Below are positions 15,576 to 22,958 of a stretch of DNA of 32,000 nt, one piece after another. Made by a program: the position numbers and the translations under genes. Numbering within the stretch: position 1 is the first letter of the stretch; each line of letters opens with the position of its first letter. This DNA is from Candidatus Iainarchaeum sp. Lineage in GTDB: Archaea > Iainarchaeota > Iainarchaeia > Iainarchaeales > VGJJ01. The stretch is taken from assembly GCA_030688545.1 (NCBI GenBank), contig JAUYHT010000002.1, forward strand, positions 210,001-242,000. Direction: 5' to 3'. The notes under the pieces are model-generated. The model made no database searches. It worked only from the letters and a program-made list of their open reading frames with translations, and was not told the DNA's origin.

Positions 15576-16205
15576 ATGTCCATGGCCGCTGATCAAACCA
15601 ATGCTGCGAATCAATTCATAACTAAAAATATGAAAACGATCGAAATGGCCGCTTTTTATGTTCGAAAACAATTATCTTCATTCAGGTTAACCAAAGAAGA
15701 CCTAATCAGCATGATTACATTGAAGATTATTCGAAATTTCACTTTTGTTGCCGATAGAGGCACACCAAAGGCTTACATTTTTATTATTGCCAGACATCTC
15801 ATAGTCGATACTTTACGTAAGAAAAGAATACGCATTAAACCAACATCATTCTCAAATATCGCAACCGATATTAGCTTGGAAGACCAATTCGAAACAAAAA
15901 AAGAAAGCGGATTGGATCCGGAAACACGAGATTGGTTGATTCAAAATATTATGCAACTACCATATCCACATCGCACCGTATTATTATTGAAATACGAAGG
16001 GATGACTAATGTGGCTATCGCCCGCCACCTTGGCATCCGGGTGAATCCAATAGCCAAGGGATACCATCTTGTGAAAAAAGCACATCAAATATTGCGTGAT
16101 CATTTAGAGAAAAAAAAAGATCCCTTTTTCCTGGACCAACAGAAGCCCCGTAAAAGAAAACCTGGCCCAAAACGATTAGGAAGACCGCGCAAACCTACAA
16201 GATAG
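15576..16205 (+). CDS. ECF-type sigma-70-family-like protein with AT-hook-like basic tail
   Basis: The region-2-like block is KEDLISMITLKIIRNFTFVADRGTPKAYIFIIARHLIVDTLRKKR. The region-4-like block is LPYPHRTVLLLKYEGMTNVAIARHLGIRVNPIAKGYHLVKKAHQILRDHL. The tail is KPRKRKPGPKRLGRPRKPTR. The surrounding DNA is AT-rich. Confidence 0.65.
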   Translation: MSMAADQTNAANQFITKNMKTIEMAAFYVRKQLSSFRLTKEDLISMITLKIIRNFTFVADRGTPKAYIFIIARHLIVDTLRKKRIRIKPTSFSNIATDISLEDQFETKKESGLDPETRDWLIQNIMQLPYPHRTVLLLKYEGMTNVAIARHLGIRVNPIAKGYHLVKKAHQILRDHLEKKKDPFFLDQQKPRKRKPGPKRLGRPRKPTR

Positions 16206-16248
16206 TATTCTTAAATCGTCCCCTTCCCAGTTGAGATGGAATTATGTT

Positions 16249-16322
16249 GCCCGTGTGGTGTAGTCTGGATAGCATAAAGGCTTCCGGAGCCTTTGACCTG
16301 GGTTCAAATCCCAGCACGGGTG
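16249..16322 (+). tRNA. tRNA-Arg (anticodon CCG)
   Basis: Hand fold: GCCCGTG TG GTGT AGTCTGGATA GCAT A AAGGC TTCCGGA GCCTT TGAC CTGGG TTCAAAT CCCAG CACGGGT G. It has a G1-U72 wobble and is followed by a T5 run. Confidence 0.85.
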
Positions 16323-16432
16323 TTTTTAGGGATTTGGAGAAAGGTGTCGCCAATATTGTTCCCTGGGCAATAGAGAGTTTATTCCAACCCCTCACGAGTA
16401 TTCTTTTAATCGTTCGAATATCCCAATAGGGT

Positions 16433-17017
16433 ATGCGTCTGGAAGACCTTTCATTCCAAACCGGAGAAAACGTATACGCCCCCCGGGAAGACTCCTGGCT
16501 GCTAGCTCACGCGATATTGAAAAACAAAAAGATCGTGCGCGGGAAGAAATGCCTCGATATGGGCTGCGGGAGCGGCATCCAGACCGCCGCAATGCTCCTG
16601 GTGGGAGGAAAAGAGGAAACCTATTCGGATATCGCCCCGGAAGCCTTGCACGCAACTGCTTCCTTGGTGGAACGATATTTCCCCAGCGCCAAAACCAAAC
16701 CCGTGCAGGGCGATCTATTCCAGCACGTGAAAGGAACATTTGATGTCATCGCCTTCAACCCCCCCTATGTCCCCTCCACCACCATCCGCTGGCGCGACAC
16801 AGATGGAGGAAAAAAAGGACGTGAAATCATCGATGCGTTTTTGGAAAAACTTGCCGACCACCTGAAACCGGGCGGGCATTGTTTTCTCCTCCAATCCAGC
16901 CTCAACATTCCCGAGATGACCGAACAGAAAATGAAAAAATTGGGAATGACTGGGAAAATCATTGCCACCCAAAAACTCTTCATGGAAGAACTCCAGGTGT
17001 GGCACCTCCAGATCTGA
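16433..17017 (+). CDS. HemK-related/Mtq2-like SAM-dependent methyltransferase
   Basis: It has motif I LDMGCGSGIQT and motif IV FNPPY. A TTCTTTTAAT box lies 27 nt upstream of the ATG. Confidence 0.8.
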   Translation: MRLEDLSFQTGENVYAPREDSWLLAHAILKNKKIVRGKKCLDMGCGSGIQTAAMLLVGGKEETYSDIAPEALHATASLVERYFPSAKTKPVQGDLFQHVKGTFDVIAFNPPYVPSTTIRWRDTDGGKKGREIIDAFLEKLADHLKPGGHCFLLQSSLNIPEMTEQKMKKLGMTGKIIATQKLFMEELQVWHLQI

Positions 17018-17031
17018 TCCTGTTAGAAACG

Positions 17032-18093
17032 TCAGGGGGTTCCAATGTCTACACAGCAGCCCATAATGCAGACTGGGTGGCCTTGACCAGAACCTCCGAA
17101 ACCGCAATCCTGATTGGTGGTGCAGCCGGGAGGACATCTGCTTCGGCAAGGCTCCGGGTTGGGGACGCACTGGCACCCCGCGCACACATATCCCGAAGAA
17201 ACCGTCGTCCCATCTGGACAAACGACTCCAAACGTCCCGGAACCCGCGCAATCGCTATCCGCCTCGCACACCTCGTTGTTCCCCGGATCCAAAACCCCAT
17301 TCCCGCAGAAGCCCATACCCTGATAGATGGAGATATCCGATACCCCATCACAAGGAGCGGTGGGAAAGCATTTCAGACCCGCATCCCCTACTAGATTACC
17401 ATTAGGTCCGGAAGGGCCGCCATTCCTCGAACAATCGGGATTGCATGTACCATCCTGGCATAAAATAGTTCCGGGAGAGCATGATCCTGTATCACAATAC
17501 TGGCAGAAAGAGATATCGAACCCCGTGCACGCGTTATTGCAACCCAATTCCCCATTGCACAATTGGATCCCTCCCTCGGTGTAGAAATCCGTGCAATCCA
17601 ACCAATCCCCAAGATTCGTCAAATCGCAGGCTTCTGTGATGCCCCCGCTCGCGGAACCATCCTCGATTCGATAATCGCCACAATATTGGTAGGTGAAGGT
17701 GGTGTATCCTCCTGTACGGGCACATACGACCTCAGCGATAACAAATTCATTGGGGTCATTTTCCAATCTCCCATTGAAGCAGCTCCATCCCCGAAGGTCA
17801 GGGAGGACCCCGGAGAGATTGTATTGGTAGCCACTATCATTAGGAAAATCCACCTCAGTGCTGCATGAACCGCTGATCGCGTAAAAATCCGTGGGACACA
17901 CCGCTTCGCAAAACTTATACCGTGCACCCGAGGATCCATCACATGCCTGGGTGATGGTAATAATATCGTCTTCTATTTCCTCGGCTGAATGACCGAAAAA
18001 AATAGCTTGACCCGCGGCCAGAGCCAAGGTTACCAAAAATAGGATAACGATTCCCGACATGGGCCATTTGAAAATTTGAAACCAATATTTCAT
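17032..18093 (-). CDS. Membrane-anchored cysteine-rich surface protein (six-Cys module plus long Cys-rich extension)
   Basis: It has an N-terminal TM (IVILFLVTLALAAG) and the GHSAEEI...six-Cys module shared with the two upstream genes. The tail has many Cys, including YCGDYRIEDG...EACD and FCGNGVLDPGNNEVCEADSDC units. Confidence 0.7.
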   Translation of the reverse strand: MKYWFQIFKWPMSGIVILFLVTLALAAGQAIFFGHSAEEIEDDIITITQACDGSSGARYKFCEAVCPTDFYAISGSCSTEVDFPNDSGYQYNLSGVLPDLRGWSCFNGRLENDPNEFVIAEVVCARTGGYTTFTYQYCGDYRIEDGSASGGITEACDLTNLGDWLDCTDFYTEGGIQLCNGELGCNNACTGFDISFCQYCDTGSCSPGTILCQDGTCNPDCSRNGGPSGPNGNLVGDAGLKCFPTAPCDGVSDISIYQGMGFCGNGVLDPGNNEVCEADSDCAGSGTFGVVCPDGTTVSSGYVCAGCQCVPNPEPCRSRCPPGCTTNQDCGFGGSGQGHPVCIMGCCVDIGTP

Positions 18094-18482
18094 GGACTCA
18101 CCTTCAAACAGATTACCTGCGCCCTCAAGAAGCTACTCGGGCCATGGGAGCCATCCGAACACTCCCAAAATTTTTGATTCGTGGACGCATCAGTAAGACC
18201 AAAGGCCTGGTACGCATAGCCAGTGAAAGAAATACAATTGCCACCGACCGCGACTTCGTCCGGCAGGATACAAGTAGCACGGCAGGGATTCCCGGCACCC
18301 GATGCATACCCTTGGAAATTGGTGCAATCCGTATCATATACAACGGTTTTCAATGCGATTTCATCTGGAGAATGCCCGAAGATCCGGGGGATATTAGTGC
18401 CATAAGCGGCAATCACCACTGCCAAAGCCACAACCAATACCCCCACTAAATGCCAACGCATGGCCGCGGGCGAATAAACCAT
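18090..18482 (-). CDS. Membrane-anchored six-Cys module protein (paralog)
   Basis: It has a TM (LVGVLVVALAVVIAAYG) followed by GHSPDEI...DC...PCRATC...EVAVGGNC...WEC...AQVIC. It overlaps the next gene by ATGA. Confidence 0.65.
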   Translation of the reverse strand: MVYSPAAMRWHLVGVLVVALAVVIAAYGTNIPRIFGHSPDEIALKTVVYDTDCTNFQGYASGAGNPCRATCILPDEVAVGGNCISFTGYAYQAFGLTDASTNQKFWECSDGSHGPSSFLRAQVICLKVSP

Positions 18483-18899
18483 TTAATTGACCTCCATGCA
18501 CTTTACTTCCGCGATGAATTTCCCGTTAAGATATCCAACGGTCGGCCAAGACAAATCCGTGCATTCCCACCGATAATAAGAAGAAATCCCCATCTTCCAA
18601 TAAACCCACCCCGCCCCATTGATGCAATTTCCACCCACGGCAACCTCATTTCCCAATTGGCAATCCGCATAGCACTGCGGGAAATTACTTCCAGAGCAAT
18701 CCACCTGGTATGAATTGAACGTATATTCTATTTCATTTGAGGGGTGACCCATTTTAGCGGGATCGCTGTTTCCGCAAAAAGGGTTATTGGGGTCTGGACA
18801 ATACCCCTGCACTAATACCATTATTCCGACCATCCCCAATCCAATCAAGATGATGGATGGGAGTATTGGGGATTTCAAAAAGAAGGGAATTTCCATCAT
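18483..18899 (-). CDS. Membrane-anchored six-Cys module protein (paralog)
   Basis: It has a TM (ILPSIILIGLGMVGIMVLV) followed by GHPSNEI...DC...QCYADC...EVAVGGNC...WEC...AEVKC. ATG 18899 is preferred over TTG 18920 because a TTTTTAATT box lies about 28 nt upstream. Confidence 0.65.
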   Translation of the reverse strand: MMEIPFFLKSPILPSIILIGLGMVGIMVLVQGYCPDPNNPFCGNSDPAKMGHPSNEIEYTFNSYQVDCSGSNFPQCYADCQLGNEVAVGGNCINGAGWVYWKMGISSYYRWECTDLSWPTVGYLNGKFIAEVKCMEVN

Positions 18900-19055
18900 A
18901 CCGGGGACACGAATCCCCAATTAAAAACCGCTGCCTGTAAACGTTATCAAACCCTTTAAATGCCCTCTGGGATCCTATTCCGACAGACCTACTATGGGAT
19001 CAAAGGAAGAGATTCCAATTGTCACCTCAAAATAACACCTCATGATGCGATTGAA

Positions 19056-19139
19056 GCACGGATACCCAAGCGGTCTAAGGGGCCAGGTTCAGAACCTGGT
19101 GGCTTAGTGCCTTCGGAGGTTCGAATCCTCCTCCGTGCA
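19056..19139 (+). tRNA. tRNA-Leu (anticodon CAG), type II
   Basis: Hand fold: GCACGGA TA CCCAAGCGGTCTAAGGG G CCAGG TTCAGAA CCTGG TGGCTTAGTGCCTTC GGAGG TTCGAAT CCTCC TCCGTGC A. The variable and T arms are identical to those of tRNA-Leu(UAG). Confidence 0.9.
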
Positions 19140-19262
19140 TGGCCCGTTCCGTCGGGCCGCTGCGGAGTTAGGGCTCCCTAGCAGGAGCCCAGACAAAAAG
19201 AATCGAAATGGCCTAATTGGCCACTCTCTCGGGGTATTTTTGTATTCGAATAAAAAAAATAA

Positions 19263-19290
19263 TTGAAGCAGGTTTCCAAACCTGCTTCAA
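19263..19290. terminator. 13-bp inverted repeat TTGAAGCAGGTTT-CC-AAACCTGCTTCAA with adjacent A8/T8 run
   Basis: Read directly. It overlaps the stop of the minus-strand lipoprotein gene. On the minus strand the hairpin is followed by a T-run, which looks like an intrinsic terminator. Confidence 0.5.
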
Positions 19291-19820
19291 GAGAAATCGA
19301 AAACAGTATCTTTTACGGCCATATACGTTTTCCCATCATATATAAAATCGATTTCTAGATAAACCGTGCTATCTGGTACGAATCCCTCATCGAATTCCAA
19401 CCTTATTTCTTTTCCGAGAAATCCGTAATCCGAATCGATAACGATGTTATTCCATTCTTTGATAAGATCCGTTTTTACTGTTTTGAATTTCGAGTCATAA
19501 TCTGAATCATAAACCCTGGCATTCAATAGTCCCTCGGCTCGGACTAATTTCCCTTCTTTATTTTCAGGTTGAATAGTAACCTTGATTCCATCCACCTCTG
19601 GATCGGCATCCCAGTTATCCATAGACGCGGACCAGATTGATAATGTCGAGACTTCAGGTTTAGATTCCTGCTTAGACGGTGCAGAGGCTTGAGACACCGT
19701 ATCGTTTTCTCCACTTGAAGCCGTATTTTCAGTGTCAGAATAGGTTGGTTTACTTGTGCACCCGGCAAGGAATAACATCGCGACCAATAATACCCCAACA
19801 TAAATTTTGAATTGACTCAT
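19287..19820 (-). CDS. Putative lipoprotein
   Basis: It starts at MSQFKIYVGVLLVAMLFLAGC, with a lipobox-like LAGC. A strong GGAGG motif lies 8 nt upstream of ATG 19820. The DNA is AT-rich. Confidence 0.7.
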   Translation of the reverse strand: MSQFKIYVGVLLVAMLFLAGCTSKPTYSDTENTASSGENDTVSQASAPSKQESKPEVSTLSIWSASMDNWDADPEVDGIKVTIQPENKEGKLVRAEGLLNARVYDSDYDSKFKTVKTDLIKEWNNIVIDSDYGFLGKEIRLEFDEGFVPDSTVYLEIDFIYDGKTYMAVKDTVFDFS

Positions 19821-19870
19821 TTTTTCTCCTCCTTTTTTCCACCCCATCACAGGCTCATTAGATTTTATTT

Positions 19871-20257
19871 TCATTTTTCATCCTTCACCTTATTCTTTTT
19901 TTTAAATTCAATATTTCCTTTTTCAGATAGGACTTCTTTACGTTCTTCGTATTCCTCTTTGGTTATTTCCCCATCTGCATATTTTCGTTTCAATACGATC
20001 AGCGGTGATTCAATGCTTGTAGTAGCAGGCGTGTTGTTGACAACAGTGACCTGCTGGATCTGTTGGGTTACCCCCGCCACGATTTTTGCTGGATCTTCAG
20101 CTAATGTAGCAATTTTCCATGTTTTACCAAACATCCACAAACCAACCGGAAGTCCAATAATGGTTAGGCAGGCTATCAAGGCTAATATGACCCAAAGCAA
20201 GGCCACCCACCATCCAATTAAAATAAACCAAATAACCCGGACTACCGTACTTGCCAT
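19871..20257 (-). CDS. YccF-like (DUF307) membrane domain fused to a SHOCT-like C-terminal motif
   Basis: It has IWFILIGWWVALLWVILALIACLTIIGLPVGLWMF, followed by LKRKYADGEITKEEYEERKEVL. Confidence 0.65.
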   Translation of the reverse strand: MASTVVRVIWFILIGWWVALLWVILALIACLTIIGLPVGLWMFGKTWKIATLAEDPAKIVAGVTQQIQQVTVVNNTPATTSIESPLIVLKRKYADGEITKEEYEERKEVLSEKGNIEFKKKNKVKDEK

Positions 20258-20354
20258 TCCCTGGACACCTCGTAAGCCCAGAATACCTCAATAGTATATA
20301 ATCCTACGCTCATTCTAACGCCGCTATTTAACTCCATAAAAAGCCGTTCCCAGA

Positions 20355-20630
20355 ATGTGGGACCTGGTTTCATTTGTACGGCGGGGGAGGCTACGGATGC
20401 AGATTTTGGAGTCCCTCATTCGGCCAAATAACCCCACGGATCTGGCCAAGCGCCTCCACTCACATCGCCCCACCGTTTCGATGGTGATCCAAGACCTCCA
20501 GGCCAAACACCTGGTGAAGCGCCTCAATCCTGAAGAGAAGAACGTAAGCATCTACACGATAACCCCAGAAGGGGCGCGGGTGCTCAAGGCAGTGCAATCC
20601 ATGCGCTATGCCGCGGATGAAGATAAATAG
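20355..20630 (+). CDS. Small winged-helix transcriptional regulator
   Basis: It has RMQILESLIRPNNPTDLAKRLHSHRPTVSMVIQDLQAKHLVKRL followed by a wing (VSIYTITPEG). A TATTTAAC box lies 27 nt upstream. Confidence 0.65.
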   Translation: MWDLVSFVRRGRLRMQILESLIRPNNPTDLAKRLHSHRPTVSMVIQDLQAKHLVKRLNPEEKNVSIYTITPEGARVLKAVQSMRYAADEDK

Positions 20631-20795
20631 ACTTGTCCAATTCTTTTCGAACTCATACCTGGGTTACCCCATCTGGCCCATTGGATCTTGAACAGGAAAG
20701 TCATCCTCCCTCGAGGACATTTCATTTAACCAAGAAAACGATGGAAAAAAAATGTTCAATATTGCGGTAAAATCAACTATCTTCCAATCTAATAG

Positions 20796-21395
20796 TTAGT
20801 GCCGCCAATACCTTACAACCGCATACACCAATGCCACGATGATAAGCAATACCACCAACACGTCAACAAGGGCTTGGTGCTGAGCAACGATGAAATAGTT
20901 TTCCTGCAGGGCATAACCGAATGACGCCAGGAAGAGATTCCACATCCCCGCGCCCGCGATGGTCATGGCCGCAAACTTCCCGGGAGGCATGTTGCTCATC
21001 CCGGCCGGAATGGAAATGAGATGTCTTACCACGGGAACAAAACGGCCAATGAATACCGTGGCATGCCCCCGCTTGGCAAACCAATCCTCGACCATACGCA
21101 AATGTTTCCGTTTCAACCCGAAAATTTCCCCGTGGCTCACGATGAAGTCCCTTCCGAAATATTTTCCGGTGTAATAGGAAACGAAGGAGCCGGCCAGACT
21201 CCCCAACGTTGCAAACCCAACAACTAGAACGAAATCAAGATTCCCTTTGGCCGCCGCCCACCCTGCAAAAGGCATCACCAATTCGCTGGGAATGGGAATG
21301 ATCATGGATTCCCAAGTCATCAGGATGAATATTCCAAAATACCCCGTGGTCGCAATGAGGACGGCGAAGGATTCGGCAAGGACCTCGAACACCAT
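20796..21395 (-). CDS. DedA/SNARE-associated family membrane protein
   Basis: It has FGIFILMTWESMIIPIPSELVMPFAG, GRFVPVVRHLISIPAGM, and about 4-5 TM segments. Confidence 0.85.
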   Translation of the reverse strand: MVFEVLAESFAVLIATTGYFGIFILMTWESMIIPIPSELVMPFAGWAAAKGNLDFVLVVGFATLGSLAGSFVSYYTGKYFGRDFIVSHGEIFGLKRKHLRMVEDWFAKRGHATVFIGRFVPVVRHLISIPAGMSNMPPGKFAAMTIAGAGMWNLFLASFGYALQENYFIVAQHQALVDVLVVLLIIVALVYAVVRYWRH

Positions 21396-21470
21396 GCTTT
21401 CCCCACCCTTTTGGGATTGAAAAAGGGAGAGGGTGAGAAGGCTTTTAGGGGGATATTAGCCCACTATATA

Positions 21471-21533
21471 GGCGTGATGATGACGTAAACCCCAGCTGAC
21501 ACCAGATGATGAATTAACTCACGTCTGAACGCC
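21471..21533 (+). ncRNA. C/D box sRNA (2'-O-methylation guide)
   Basis: The terminal stem is GGCGT/ACGCC. The C box ATGATGA is at 21477-21483, followed by a 12-nt guide (CGTAAACCCCAG) and D' CTGA at 21496-21499. The C' box ATGATGA is at 21506-21512, followed by a 12-nt guide (ATTAACTCACGT) and D CTGA at 21525-21528. A CTTTTAGG box lies about 25 nt upstream. Confidence 0.85.
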
Positions 21534-21540
21534 AATCTTT

Positions 21541-21625
21541 TTAAAAAAAAGATTGATCAAAAGAAACTTTTTAGAAAAAAGTTTCATCAAAAAACGACCT
21601 TTTTGAAAAAAACGAATTTGGAAAA
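21541..21625. repeat. Third locus of the palindromic repeat family
   Basis: 21563-21592 is identical to the 30-mer at 2202-2231. It is flanked by a degenerate GATTGATCAAAA and by AACGACCTTTTTGAAAAAAACG, collinear with 2262-2282. Confidence 0.85.
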
Positions 21626-21739
21626 AAAACTAAACCAGGAAGTCATGTTTTGGCTTTAAAAAAAATCTCCCGAAAAGGGAACTGACATCCTGGCCCCCCA
21701 TTCTTAATCCTTAAATAGGGGGAATCATTTTCATTTGCC

Positions 21740-22435
21740 ATGACCCTCACCCTCTCCTTCGAGAAGAAGGATATCCCCCTTTTGGTGAATGGACTATCAC
21801 ATTATCCTTCGCTCCCCACCCCCTCCCCCTATGAGAAGGCGCGGCACACCGTGGGGGTGTGCCAAGTCACATTATACACGAGCGGGAAAATAGTTATTCA
21901 AGGGAAAAATTCCCTCATCGAAAAAGAGGTGCGACAAACCATCCAGGAATGGGTGGGGGAGGATGGGGAACTGATATTCGGGCTCGATGAGACGGGGAGG
22001 GGAGAACTCAATGGTCCATTAGTGGTAGCGGGAGTGCTTGGAAAACGAAATGCCCTGCGCGGAATCCGGGATTCCAAGAAAACAAAGGATGTTCCTGCGC
22101 GTTACACCGAAACCACCGGAAATAGTTGGCTACAAGCGAGCGTGAGCGTGAACGCGACGGCTGTGGATATCCTGCGGGAGAAGGGATTTACTATGAATGA
22201 GGTGGAGGCTATCATCGCCGAACACCTGCACGCGCTCACCCAGAAACTCTTTCCAGAAAGCCAAACCATCATGGATGGCGCACCCTTGAAACGCGGGTTG
22301 CGTGGCATTGTTTTCCGAGAAAAAGCGGACGACATCGAACCCAGTGTGAGCGCGGCGAGCATCATCGCCAAACACTTGAGAAACGAAAGTGGGGATACGG
22401 ATGAAAGGAAGACGTGGAAGCGGAAGACCCAATAA
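21740..22435 (+). CDS. Type 2 RNase H with RNase HIII-style N-terminal (TBP-like) domain
   Basis: The N-terminus has VTLYTSGKIVIQGKNS, like the RNase HIII DUF3378 pattern. The catalytic blocks are GLDETGRGELNGPLVVAGV, RDSKK, IMDGAP and KADDIEPSVSAASIIAK. A TTAAATAGG box lies 26 nt upstream. Confidence 0.7.
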   Translation: MTLTLSFEKKDIPLLVNGLSHYPSLPTPSPYEKARHTVGVCQVTLYTSGKIVIQGKNSLIEKEVRQTIQEWVGEDGELIFGLDETGRGELNGPLVVAGVLGKRNALRGIRDSKKTKDVPARYTETTGNSWLQASVSVNATAVDILREKGFTMNEVEAIIAEHLHALTQKLFPESQTIMDGAPLKRGLRGIVFREKADDIEPSVSAASIIAKHLRNESGDTDERKTWKRKTQ

Positions 22436-22958
22436 TCGGGGCGGGAAATCTCCCCGTAAAGGAAAAAATGGGAAGAAAAACCTCTTTCCTCTACGGAAGG
22501 TAGGAGAAGGGGAGGGTATATTTGAAAGGAGGGAAAAAAGGTCAACCTATCTGCGAAAATTATTCGATTCATATCGGAAAAAACCTCCAAATTGGCATAC
22601 CGAGAATTTGGACCTCCAGAATCGGAAGAGAATACTATTTGAGCGACATGAACTCCAATTGACTTATGCCATTTTTGAATCTGTTAATTCTCTATTCTTA
22701 AATAAAAAAGATCTAAGGGATTTAGCTAAAAGGAGATTGGAGACCATTGTCGATTTGTGCCGGATAGAACAGAAGATCTATCTGTCCTTATTATTTAGGA
22801 ATCAGATTAGAAGTAAAGAAGACATCACCAAGTACCGACAAATTGTAAGGGAGTTGTATTTCAAGGAAATAGCTTTTACAGAGCGCTTGCATAACCGCAT
22901 ATTATTCGAAAGGCACGTGCGCGATCTAATTGAGGATTATAAGGTTAAACCAAAGTGA
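22401..22958 (+). CDS. Hypothetical protein with Arg/Lys/Gly-rich N-terminus
   Basis: The ORF is in AT-rich DNA and overlaps the RNase H 3' end by 35 nt (ATG 22401; the track lists GTG 22389). It has an internal RILFERH repeat. No family recognised. Confidence 0.4.
   Translation: MKGRRGSGRPNNRGGKSPRKGKNGKKNLFPLRKVGEGEGIFERREKRSTYLRKLFDSYRKKPPNWHTENLDLQNRKRILFERHELQLTYAIFESVNSLFLNKKDLRDLAKRRLETIVDLCRIEQKIYLSLLFRNQIRSKEDITKYRQIVRELYFKEIAFTERLHNRILFERHVRDLIEDYKVKPK

Noticed and set aside
14843-16248. Calling the AT-rich islets (14843-16248, 6420-7095, 19200-20300) mobile elements.
   Set aside because: No integrase, transposase or terminal inverted repeats were seen. Only compositional shifts and short direct repeats are present. 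They are reported as findings and not annotated as mobile_element.
16195-16395. ORFs spanning tRNA genes: 16195-16395(-), 16244-16429(+), 29502-29789(-), 29764-29952(-), 14434-14742(-) and 18960-19181(+).
   Set aside because: They run straight through well-folded tRNA cloverleaves and their trailers. These regions are RNA genes and not coding.
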